A stretch of 64,000 nucleotides of DNA from Eledone cirrhosa (taxonomy: Eukaryota). Under the pieces are notes generated by a model, which saw nothing but the letters and a program-made list of their open reading frames with translations, did not search any database and was not told the origin of the DNA. A program made the position numbers and the translations under genes. The DNA lies in NCBI GenBank assembly GCA_964016885.1, contig OZ024755.1:7998001-8062000 (forward strand). Reading direction: 5' to 3'. Positions 44,141 through 55,614 of the stretch are shown in pieces. The first letter of the stretch is position 1; the number at the start of each line of letters is the position of its first letter.

Positions 44141-44354
44141 TTAAACCTTTAGCATTTACATTACTCTATATTTACTATTATAATTTCATGGTAAAGGCTT
44201 TATCTCTCATTATATTGAATCTATGAGATTTTGATATTATTTATTTTGAGACCAAGACCTTAACATCACTATGAGGCCAATTATGGCCAATTTGAACAGA
44301 AAGATGTGGGATAATTCTGGCCGGATACAACTGGTTTAAATGCTAAAGGGTTAA
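44141..44354. mobile_element. piggyBac-type MITE; copies 59660-59875 (inverted, in NDUFA3 intron 2) and partial 45827-45955
   Basis: TTAA flanks and (C)CCTTTAGCATTTA...TAAATGCTAAAGGG termini; shared internal sequence. Confidence 0.85.
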
Positions 44355-46491
44355 ACTGCTAATATCTGTCCCTTAGTAAAAAAAAAAAAAAAGCTCCTTC
44401 ATAGTTTCCATTTTTAAAAAATTTTTTTTTTTTCATCTTAAACTTAAATTTTTTTTTTTTTTTTTTCAAAACAAAATACCAGGTGAAAAAAAAAATTTTT
44501 TTTAAATATATTGCCATGCTATTTGTCATGACAATAAAGGATATTTTGCTTAGTATCTTTAAAACCATCTTGATTTTTTGATTTTATCATTTTTGAAATG
44601 ACCAATATAAATTTAATATGATGATTGTCAACAACTGGTTACCTAATTTATACATACATATATATATATATATATATTGGATGAATGCTTGACAATCAAG
44701 CTTAGGCCATTTCGATGGCAAGAATCTGCTTTCAAGACAGTTTAAGCTTGACTGTGAAGCTTATCCAACTATAACTTTACACTTTACTTTCTTTAAGTAA
44801 GGAGTACTAAATTGTATAATGGTCTTACTAGTCTTAACTAGTAACATGTCATCTAAATATATATATATAATTTCTGATTGTTATTGTTTTGCTTCAATGC
44901 TGTTTATATTTGTACAAATTTGATATTAACTTCAGACTTCAATAATAATAAAATCATTAATACTGTTGTGTTACTGAAGACAAAGTCTTTGGTTATGCTC
45001 ATGCCATATTTTCAACAATAACATTTGGTTATTCCTTTCTTACATTTTAACTAGTTAGGTTTTGTTGCTGATGACTTGGATAAGGAAGATGTTATTAAAG
45101 GTTGGTTCAGTTCTGTCTGCTTCATGTGCTGACTGATATGACTAATCCGTCCACAGTCGCTGCAGAAAAATGCCTGGATTGTCACAGGAGAGGCAGACTC
45201 CCAGGGTCTCCAAGAGAAATTTTCGATATCGATAAGTCGTTGTTTGTTTATTGGCCAAATATTGATAACCAGGGACGCCAAGAGAAATTTTGCAAGGCTG
45301 TACATGACCTATCTAGGGCCTGAAGCTGGCAAAGATTTTTCTTAAAATGGATGTTGAATGGTTGCTGTGGAGTCTTCTTAGCTCTCGGGTGCCGGATGAA
45401 AGTACTGGCTGGACCCCTCTCTCATAGGCCCTGCAGACTACTCAACCTTGGTTGATAACTGCCTAGGAGGACACTGAAGTAAATTCAATGACCTGAGGAC
45501 CTTGCTGTCGCTGTCCCAGCTTGCCGAGCTATGACAGACAAAACGCAGGTATAAAGGCTGGAGCCAGTTCTGTACACACAGCACAGGCATGAAGGTCATG
45601 CCAAATGTTTCTTGTCTTCTACATAGTTAGGTAATTTAGTGTTAAAAAAAATGGACTTTATTTTTCTCTTTTCTCAAAGATATCATAAATGAGATGTCAA
45701 CCATCTCAACTAATTTCATTAATACATCAGCACTAATAGAATTATTCTCAAGATAATTTAGTTTTATATCACTGAAGTATATTTTCATTAATATTTACAA
45801 CTTACCTTTCTTTCAGATTGTTATAATTAACCCTTTACATTCTATATTTACTATTGTATTTTCACATATCAAATCTACAAGATTTTGATATTTATTTTGA
45901 GAACAATACCTGAACATCAGATGGTTCTGGTCAGATATGGCCGGTTTAAACACTTAAGCTCTAATTAAGAAACCATTATCTAAATTGAGGTACTTCACTC
46001 TAAATTTCTTATATTAATACCACATTGATAGTCATAAAGATAAGCATATATTAAATAATTTCGTTGTTAATGAACAAATGTAGGTTGTAAAAGAAGGATA
46101 ATTTATCTGTTGACAGATCTACCAGTATTTGGTTGAAGATTATTGGAACAAGTTAGAAAAATACATGGCATTTGTCATCTAAAACATTTTCTATTTTTAT
46201 TACCCTCAACGCCTAATGGCTGTATTAATCAGCTGGTTTTGATCTTTCAGAGAAATTTATTTGAATGTAAATATACCTGAAACTGATACAATCAATCAGA
46301 AATTAACTGCTCTGCTCAATTAGGCTTTTTTTGTAATTTAATAAACTTTTAATTTAGACTTTGATTAAAATTCTTGTGCATTTTTTCAAGGGTTACATTC
46401 TTGCTTTATAAGTCAAGATTTGAATTTTGCTGCCACACGTCTCATTTAAACAATAGTCAAGCTTGCACTGATGACATCTATCATAACTCAC

Positions 46492-46672
46492 CTTTATCTG
46501 TAATTTCACCAAATACAGCAGCTTCTGTTGTAGAGGGTGAATCTTGTCATTAGTTGGGCTCTTCACTTATCCATGACCAACACATTGATTTGAAACAATC
46601 CCTTTCTCACCCTGCTGTTTCCACCGAATCTAGGGAAACTAACCCATATAACCCTAATTACTTCCAGCTTCA
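46492..46672 (-). other. Candidate downstream alternative/3'UTR exon of PDSS1
   Basis: Strong acceptor (poly-T ccag) and donor (aag/gtgagt) on the minus strand bound 181 nt, 240 nt past the PDSS1 stop. Confidence 0.45.
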
Positions 46673-46911
46673 CTGGAAAAAAAAAAAAATCTGTAGTCTT
46701 ATTCTAAACACCAAAAATTCAGTTCTGACGCAATGGTATTAATGAAAGAATAATTTTACAAATACGCAAAATGAGAATTGTCTGAAAATATCTGTTTTAA
46801 TAAGATGATCGATGGAATAAATAAATAAATAGAAATGCGTTGAATCTTTAAAAAAAAATAATAAAAAAATTTTAATTTGGAATATTTTAATATATTTGAA
46901 AAAAAATTCCA

Positions 46912-49900
46912 TTACTTTTTTCTATGTAGGACAAAATCTACTAAATGAATCAATGCCTGCTGTGATGCACTATGTTTTAATTTCTTTGCCATGGAAATTG
47001 CTTCCTTGGCATGCTGCTCTGCAAGTATCCTTGTGTGTGACACACCATCACTCTGAAACATGAAGAAAGAAATAGGTTTAGGAATATTTGAATAAAAAAA
47101 TGTATTTATTATTGGTACAAAAAGTATATCATGCAATCTGTTAAATTACTTCAACACTAGTTTAATATCAACAGCCTGTAATGATTTAGCAGAAAATATC
47201 TAAACATTGAGCTTATTAGTTAAAATGTTTATAGTAGCTTTAATACTAGATAGATCTTTCTGAAAATATTCAATATTAGAGTAATGCATGCTGTTTTATA
47301 CTTTTCAAGAGGTACAGGACATTGTCTTAGAATATATGGTAATGGCCAGAAAAGGTATTTTCTTTTTTTTAATCAAAAGAATTGAAGGAAACTTACCTTT
47401 GCAACTAAATTCCATGCTTTTTCCACATCACCTTCATGTTTGAATCTTCGCATGATCAATGGATTCAATTCAGGGTACTGGATATAGACAAAATAACTCA
47501 GCATATAAAACATGTTAATTCAAATACAAAACTCAATGTACTTAATGTCAAAGTAAACCATCAGTAATAAAGTTAAAAATTATATGGGGCATGCCAGTTA
47601 AGGCCTACAAGACCCTGGCCATTACAGGTGTGAGATGGAAGGAGGAATGGACCTGACCTCTATTGATTTTGAAGATGAGGTATTTCCCATATATATTAAC
47701 CATACATTTAGTCATGCTAAGAATATCTTGAGCTGTGATCATATATATAGCTAGGTGTGGTACATGCATCATCATCATCGTTTAACATCTATCTTCCACA
47801 ACTCCACTCAGACTAGCATAGAAAAATGGACATAAAAAGATGGTGATATGCCTTTATTGTGGATCACCCCGTATTAGTGTGATTGCTAATTAAAAGAAAT
47901 GAGTAAACCTACCTGTTGAGTAGCAAATAACACCGGTGCTGTAGCAAGACCAAGCTTTAAATCAGCTGCTGTGGGTTTTCCTATAGACTTATCACAGGCC
48001 ACAAAATCCAGTAAATCGTCGACCAACTGTTGAATAAATTATGAAAATGTGCCAAGTTATTTAATCTTTAGTACGCTAGTAATTTTTATGAGTTGTTTCC
48101 CTTGATACTACATTATCTATTATGGGGAAATTACTCTCATATGGCTCCCTGTGTCACCAACAGTGCATTGAAGATTAACTTAAATAAATTATAAAAATGG
48201 ACCAACAGTTATTTTAATGACGAAAAGAACCTAATCTACCTTGTAAGGTAGTACCGGTGCCACAACAAAAAGCACCCAGTCAAATCTGTAGGGTGGCAGT
48301 GGTGGCACAATGAAAAAAAGCCCTCACTGTATGATTGGCATTAGGAAAGGCATCAAGCTGTTGAAAACCAAACCAAAAAATGAATTGTATGAGCACAACA
48401 TGGCCACCTGACTCCATAACTCATGTATGCATGGAAATAAATGTTGATGGTGAACAGCATTAATACTTGAGAATTGTTTTACACTAAACATTAAAAAAGA
48501 CAAACCTGAAAAGCCAAGCCAATATGTCGACCGTAAAGGTAGGCAGTATTCACAATATCATCGCAACAGTTTCCCAGAATAGCCACCTATGATAAAAACA
48601 AAGTATTACAACTCAGCAGAAACATTTCTCTAATGTAGATTTGATTAGAAGTGTGACTAGAAATAAAGCACAACTTTGTAGGAGTGATATACTTAAATAT
48701 TTCAAGCCCCAATATATTACTGATATCTATTTTATCATGCCCACAATGAATGGGAAAGTCAATCTTAACAGATAAAAATTAAAGGATTAACTAAATATTT
48801 TTAAAGGAACAGGTAAATGTTTGAGCAGGGGGACTTGAAAATTTGAGGCAGTTCAAACTTTTCTCACAGTTCTTAGCTAACTATCTGTTAACCCAGCACC
48901 AGTTATGTGAAAGAAAACCACTCACATCAAAGGGTTCCTATTCAATAAAAGAACCAGACGGTAAATTATCTTAGTAATGAAATAATTAATAATTTTAGTA
49001 AATTCCTTAACTGAAATATGTCAAGAAAAGGGTTTATGTTGAAAAATGAAATGAGTGGAGAAAAACAAGAAAATCAACACTTACTGCTTTACAGCTGTTA
49101 GCAATTAGACTAGCTGTTTTTTTAAAAGATTTTGTTAAATAATGATTAAAACGCTCAGTTTCATCTTCTTTAGAACCCAGCTGCATAAACTCCCCTGTAA
49201 AAATAGGAACCAATTTATACACAAATAAGACAATGTCTATAATATTGCCACCTATGAAATACTTACAGAGTTACTAAATTTCAAACACAATTGATGACAT
49301 GTAAAAACTTACCTTTCACTAAGTCTTCTATAACACATGAAATAACAGATATAACATATTCATTCTTGAGCCTGGCTAAAGCTGAGGATGCACTCCCAAG
49401 TATGAAGTTTCCAGCAAATACTGCCTACCAAAGAAATTAGAGAAAAATGTCTGATATGCTATTATCATCATCATAGATTTTAAGACAGCTTTTCTGTACA
49501 TGCATGGGTATTCTATTGGCATGTGTGTAATAATTGATATACACTCAATCACAAATATATACAAATACTCTTGCTAGCAGGGAAATCGGATGTGATCATT
49601 CATATATATAAATATATTGGAAAATGTGTGAGATCCTTGGTAGAGTTAGGTATATTTGAATAAAAGGAAAAGAATGACTTCACTTGTAGTTCTAAATAAC
49701 TTCATTTAATTTTATAATATTATAAAATTAAATCAAATTATTTAGAACTACAAGTGAAGTCATTCTTTTCCTTTTTCCAAATATATATATATATATACAC
49801 AAAACATCCAGCCCACTCTGTAAATGGTCGTGTAGTTATCATAACAAAAAGCATCCAGCCCACACTGTAAAGTGGTCATGCAAAAGACACGGTAAAAAGC

Positions 49901-52900
49901 ACCCAGCACACACTATAAATGTGGTTGGTGCTAGGATGGGCATCCTGTCGTAGAAAACAGGCCAGAAATTGTCCTGTGAGTGAGACACGGTCATCCGACC
50001 CAACTTGCCTCTAAATAATAGACGTTAAACGATGATAATTATATATATATATAAGTTTTGTTAGGTTATGCAATCCAACTCATTCATCCTGTTATAAAAA
50101 CAAAAAATAAGAAACAATTACCTTCCGTTCTCCCCAAACAGCTTTTACACTTGGCTTTCCTCGTCGTATATTTGATTGATCTATAACATCATCATGCATC
50201 AGACTGGCTATATGAATCATCTCTGAGATCATGGCTATTACATATTGTGAATGAAGGATACTAGAGAATAAAATAGGAGCAAGAACAATGTAAGGAAATA
50301 TATAACTGAAATAATTAGTTAGGAAGGGCATCCAACCAGTATATATACTACTGCCAAAATCTTTGAGCCCTGTCCAACCCTTGCAAGCAGGGAAAGGCGG
50401 ATGTAGAATGATGTATATGATACCTATATTTTATGGTTACATACATGGTATACACATACACACATCTGCACATATATAGACTTGAACATACATACACACC
50501 TACACATTTTCAGACATACACATACAGACACATACAGACATACACAAACACCTACATATATAGGCAGACCTTCCACCCTCTAAAAACCCAAATGGGGAGA
50601 TATGAGGCAAAATGGAAAGATTTTACGTAATGAAAGCTATACCTATTTTCACAAGTGGGGGGGGGGGGGGATCACAACCTGTTTGACAGGTCTGCCTAGA
50701 CATATACAGACACACATACACATACATATATACAGACATACACAAATATACATAAACATGAAAATTGGTTTATTCATAAAAGAAAACCGATTAAGAATAC
50801 ACAGTATCTCTGGTTTGTAAACTACATATGTTAATACATATGTAGTTTCATTCTTTACTGGTTCCACTACAGCCATGCTGAGACACTGCTTATCAACCAC
50901 TGTACTTATTTTTTTCAACTCTGGGATTTACTTTATTGATGTTTACATGTTGAACTGCTAAGTTATCGAACATAAACAAAAAATAAATATAAACACAGAC
51001 ATGACCACACTCATACATACAGACATGACCACACTCATACATACAGACACACACACAGTTTCCATCTACCAAATTCCACTCACAAGGCATAGGTCTAATG
51101 GAAGCTAAAGTAGTAGACACTTGCCCAAAGTACCACATAGTAGGACTGAATCCCAAACCAAGTGATTGCAAAGTGAACTGCTTGACACACAGCCTGGCAT
51201 GCCCCTATACAAAAAAAATATAGAAATATACCTATGGTACAAAAACAAAACAAATATATACATATATATGTACATATATATATATGTGTGTACTCACATG
51301 ATTAGTGGTCTCCTCGGTCTCACCACTACAGACTCTCTCTCTCTCTATATATATATATCACCTTGACCTTGACCAGTCTGTCGGGTGCCAATCGGCGCCG
51401 CTGGTCACAGCACGTCGTGCTGTTTTAGCCATAAGATAACGCCATCCCACTGGCTGGGCGGGCAGGCCGGTACTCATTTCTACAGCTGAGTAAACTGGAG
51501 CAACGTGAAAAAAAGTGTCTTGCTCAAGGAAACAACACATCACCCGGTCCGAGAATTGAACTCACAACCTTTCGATTACAAGCCCAATGCTCTAACCACT
51601 AACCAATGCGCCTTCACACACACAGAGAGAGAGAGAACAGAAACATACACATAAACAGATATGTCTGCAGCCATTCATGAACACATACTGGAGAGAAATG
51701 AAGCAAGCATGATCCGTTGGATGTGTAATGTCAATGTACGTGAACGACCAAGCATGGATGAGTTGAAGGAGAAACTGTATTTAAGAGGGATAAGTTGTAG
51801 TGTGCGGGAGAGGGGAATGCGATGGTATGGACATGTGATACGGATGGATGATGACCGCTGGGTAAAGAAGTGCCAAGAAATGCCAGTAGAAGGAAGATGC
51901 CGTAGAGGAAGACCACGAAAAACATGGGCGGAGGTGGTGAGAGCAGACCTCAGATTGCTGAAGCTCACGGAGGAGATGACGAAGGACCGTGACAAGTGGA
52001 GAGATGCTGTGCTGAATAGGACCAGTCCCACCCTTGCAAGCAGGGAAAAGCGGACATAAAATGATGATGATGATGATATACAGATATGCATACACATGGG
52101 CAATTACATATCAATGTTCACATTCGGTGAAGTAAAAGTCGAGCTAGTGATCTGTGAAGTCAATCAGGTAATATATGATGGTATCATACTCAATAATTGG
52201 CATAGTAGCATGCCCATTAATAGTTACAAAACAAAAGGGTGATGATCTAGAATGGAACAACTACAGCAGAATAAAACTGATGGACTAAGTTATGAAAGTG
52301 ACAGAGTTTTACCATAACTAATTAGAGAAAAGGTCAAACTAGGTGAGATGCAGTTTGGTTTTGTTCCAGGAAGGAACACCATCAATGGTCTATTCTAAGT
52401 GAGAAAGCTACATGAGAAGTTCCTAGCCAAGTGTGTAGGCCACTATATCTAGATTTTGTTGATCTGGGTTGGACAAAGAAGTCAGGACTATACTAGAAGG
52501 TGAGGACCTGAGAGTTGTTCCATTTCTCTGTTTCTTCGGGTTTAGGCTGGAGAAAGGAATTGGAGGCACGCTGGCAGGCAATTCAGGAGTATACTAGTAG
52601 ATGGGATATGAGACCTGAGTGTTGTACCACCTTCCTGCAATATGAAAGTGGATGATGATGATGACCATGATGTAATTTTTGAGATACATATTTTAAAATA
52701 TTTAACTCACGTTGGCTCACCAATATGGTGAAAGTTGCATGATTTTGCCATTAACATGACTGTCATGGGTCGTAAAGACTTGCCCCTGCCATCCAGATGG
52801 TAGTGTGCAATTTCCTGAAGGTCTGGATGGATTGTACAAATTAACTGCAACATAAAAGAAACAGAATAACCAAACTTCAATAAGAACTTCTTCCTTATTA

Positions 52901-55614
52901 GAGGAGGGATCTATACGTCAGACATTGACTTTTAATGTCTTATACTGCATGAAATTATATTCTTGAAAAGTACAAAAAGGTCTCAATTGAATTGAGTTAT
53001 GTAGCTAGATATTTGATGGAAGATTTCAGAAGAAGCCTTTGACAGTAAAAATATGATACTCTGACTGAAAAAGTGCCAAAAGTTGATGGTTAGAGATACC
53101 TGGGGTAAAAGCTGATCGAGGAAGTGTTGGAATATTTAAATCAGGTTTGAAAAGGTCACTCACTGTCAAAATAATCGTTTCTATTTTTGGCACAAAGCCA
53201 GCAATTATCCCAGTGCATTACTGGTACTTTATTTTATCGACCCTGTAAGGGTGAAAGGCAAAGTTAACCTCAGCGGGATTCGAACACAGATCCAATATAC
53301 ACAGAAATGGGATGTAGTGTATGTTAGGCAAAGATGGAAAAAAAGAACACAAAATATTTGAATGATGGTGATATAAAAATATATTTACCTCTTTTATATC
53401 ATTGTTAAGCATTAAAAATTTATCTTCAACTAATTTATACGAATTTTCAAACTGTTTCATATGTATATCCTGATGAGCTGATGTATGCTGCTGGCAGGAA
53501 CACAGCTGTGATGGTGTTTTGGAGATCAGAGATGAAGTAGTAAAAACTGGATGGTTTCCGATTAGAAAAACCTGCAATAAAAGAAATCCAATATAAGAAG
53601 ACCTTGCAAATAATAATAATAATAAAAATATTTTACAAATTAACCATTTTCACACGAACCCACCCAAACTGCTGCTGGGTCTATGGAACAAAACTACCCA
53701 TTTTAAAGGGTTAGGTGGCATTTAAATTAAAAATCTTTCAACATTTTATATAAGAATTTTCTGTTATATTACAAATACTTTCTCATAAAATTATGTTGGA
53801 AGATTTTTTTCATTTAAATGCCCATCCCTTTAAAATGGGTAGTTTTGTTCCATAGGCCCAGAAGCAGTTTGGGGTAGGTTCGTATGAAAGAGGATAAATT
53901 TATTTCACATAAAAATATAGAATCAAAACGAAAGAGAATGTGTAAATCTGTGACACACCACAAGGGGTGCTGGAGCCTTCCTCTAATACTTTTTTGAGAC
54001 AAGCCAAAACACTCGCACTCTTACAGTGGGTAATACCTGGGTAAGGTGAGCCGCCAACAATGTATAGAACTTCATTGTCAGCGGCTCAGCATCCCAACAG
54101 CTTGGAAAAAATTAGTTTGTCGATAATTCCCGGTCTTTTAGAATGTCATTCTGTTCGGCTACGGAAGCGGTGACCTCTCACTTTTATATCAACATTCAGG
54201 ATGTGAGAAGGATCAAAAGAGTCACTGACTGTGCTCTCCCAAATGAGACATCTACGTCTTAACCAGGGACACAGGGTTAAAACTATCTCGTCTCCTCTCA
54301 ACAACGATGTTCCACAGACAGTGAAAGATGGATAGCAGTGCACAGAAAACACTAACTTATTCTTATAAAGCACCCAAGATGCAAAATATTAAAAGCTACC
54401 AACATTTACACTTTTTACGTGGGAAGTTATTGCTATAGATTAGTGTAGGGTTTGACCGACGATAAAAGGAAAGTGAAAATGTAGTCTTTTTGTGCCTAAT
54501 TCAGAATTATTTATGATATATATATATATATTAAAATAACAGATTAAAGTTTAAGCAAAGAATCGCTGCTTTCACTCTTAACAGGATCTTCTGAAACTTT
54601 AATCTGTTATTTTAATAAATATTTGCTCTAGGGTTCTTATATATTTGATATATATTTATCATTATAAAGCCCTCTTTGGATTTTAGTCTTCACATTTATT
54701 ATTATTACTATATATATATATGGGATAACAAGTTATCGTTATAGGTGATCCAATTAGAGGTAGTCCAGTTAGAGTACTCCGTGTTGTGGATGGTTTTAAC
54801 GTACGGCTTGTGGTGCAGCGAGTTCGCCGTAATTTCTATGCAGGTTATACTTGGAGTAATAGTTAAAGGAAGAAGAGTAACATGGTTGGCTGTACAATAA
54901 GGGCTTTACTCAACCATGTTACTCTTCTTTCTTTAACTATATATATATACATATATATATATTGTAAATGTTGCGTTTTTACTCTGCTCGTTGCCAAGTA
55001 TTTTCAATATTCTGTGTGTATATTGGAGGCGATGGGGTCTACGAAATTCTGTTGAACAATCATATTAAGAGGGCATACGCATTATAAAATTTGAGTATGT
55101 TCGCCAACCTTTGCATACGATCTATTTACCCCGCATTCGCCTTCATTTAAATTGTCTGTTTGTTATACAAGTCTAGTTTAAGCCAACGCCTAACAAAAAT
55201 GATGTTCAATACTTCTGAAGGACAAGTTTATTTATATTACTACAAAACAACAGCTCGGTACAACTTAACTAACACTTAAGCTAGATCTGTCCTCTTCAAA
55301 TTAAGATACATGTTAATAATCAAATAAAGACAAAATTTATATTATCCATCAACCCCAAGTACCAATTTAGAAAGTTAAAAACGATAGAACATGTTACCTT
55401 TAGTTTAGATACAAGGTTAAACTTGCCGGAAAATAGCCCCAATTTAAATTAATATACTTACTTTGTTGTGTTTCGAAAGACATGTTGTATAATTATGAAC
55501 CGGGTAATGTTTATGATTAAGTTTAGAATATATCCTTCGTATCATCCAGTTACAAGACAGTCGTGATGCTGAGAAAATGTTTATACTCGAGGAGCAACAC
55601 CTAACAGAAGTCAT
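46912..55614 (-). CDS. PDSS1: Decaprenyl-diphosphate synthase subunit 1 (CoQ side chain), 415 aa; exons 55614-55462, 53571-53389, 52844-52711, 50260-50122, 49424-49313, 49194-49085, 48586-48506, 48026-47913, 47477-47397, 47052-46912
   Basis: Ten GT-AG exons (153,183,134,139,112,110,81,114,81,141 nt = 1248 nt) join in frame. Trans-prenyltransferase motifs: GKSLRP, EMIHIASLMHDDVID..RRG (FARM), GEFMQL, KTASLI, GLAFQLVDDLLDF (SARM), GKPTAADLKLGLATAPVLFA. Ser/Arg-rich acid-free N-terminus resembles a mitochondrial presequence. Exon 1 and the start codon are less certain than the rest. Confidence 0.95.
49651..49785. repeat. Loopless palindrome (about 67-bp arms) in PDSS1 intron 4
   Basis: aaaaggaaaagaatgacttcacttgtagttctaaataa...ttttataat|attataaaa...ttatttagaactacaagtgaagtcattcttttcctttt, centre 49718/49719, TA repeats nearby on both sides. 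Confidence 0.9.
51360..51615 (-). mobile_element. Second tRNA-derived SINE family (copies about 42845-43090, 43680-43950, 59990-60262, 22640-22770)
   Basis: The reverse complement has a tRNA-like head (A/B boxes) followed by gtgttgtttccttgagcaagacactt...ttcacgttgctccagtttactcagctgt. Confidence 0.7.
51680..52077 (+). mobile_element. RTE LINE 3' end, 5'-truncated, with (GAT)n tail, in PDSS1 intron 3
   Basis: Open frame LERNEASMIRWMCNV...MRWYGHVIRM...GRPRKTW followed by a gatgatgat tail; further decayed RT pieces at 52130-52680. Confidence 0.88.
53640..53898. mobile_element. Fold-back MITE with about 115-bp imperfect TIRs (piggyBac-like ends) in PDSS1 intron 1
   Basis: ctatggaacaaaactacccattttaaaggg / ccctttaaaatgggtagttttgttccatag; begins TTAACC. 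Confidence 0.75.
54859..54940. repeat. Hairpin with 30-bp arms ending in (TA)n in PDSS1 intron 1
   Basis: atagttaaaggaagaagagtaacatggttg / caaccatgttactcttctttctttaactat. Confidence 0.85.

Noticed and set aside
45050-45600. GC-richer island with short ORFs
   Set aside because: No recognisable protein; probably a decayed retroelement 5' region, too degenerate to classify.
52714-52720. Alternative GTGAGC donor inside PDSS1 exon 3
   Set aside because: Would give phase 1, out of frame with the next exon; the GTGAGT donor at 52710 fits.
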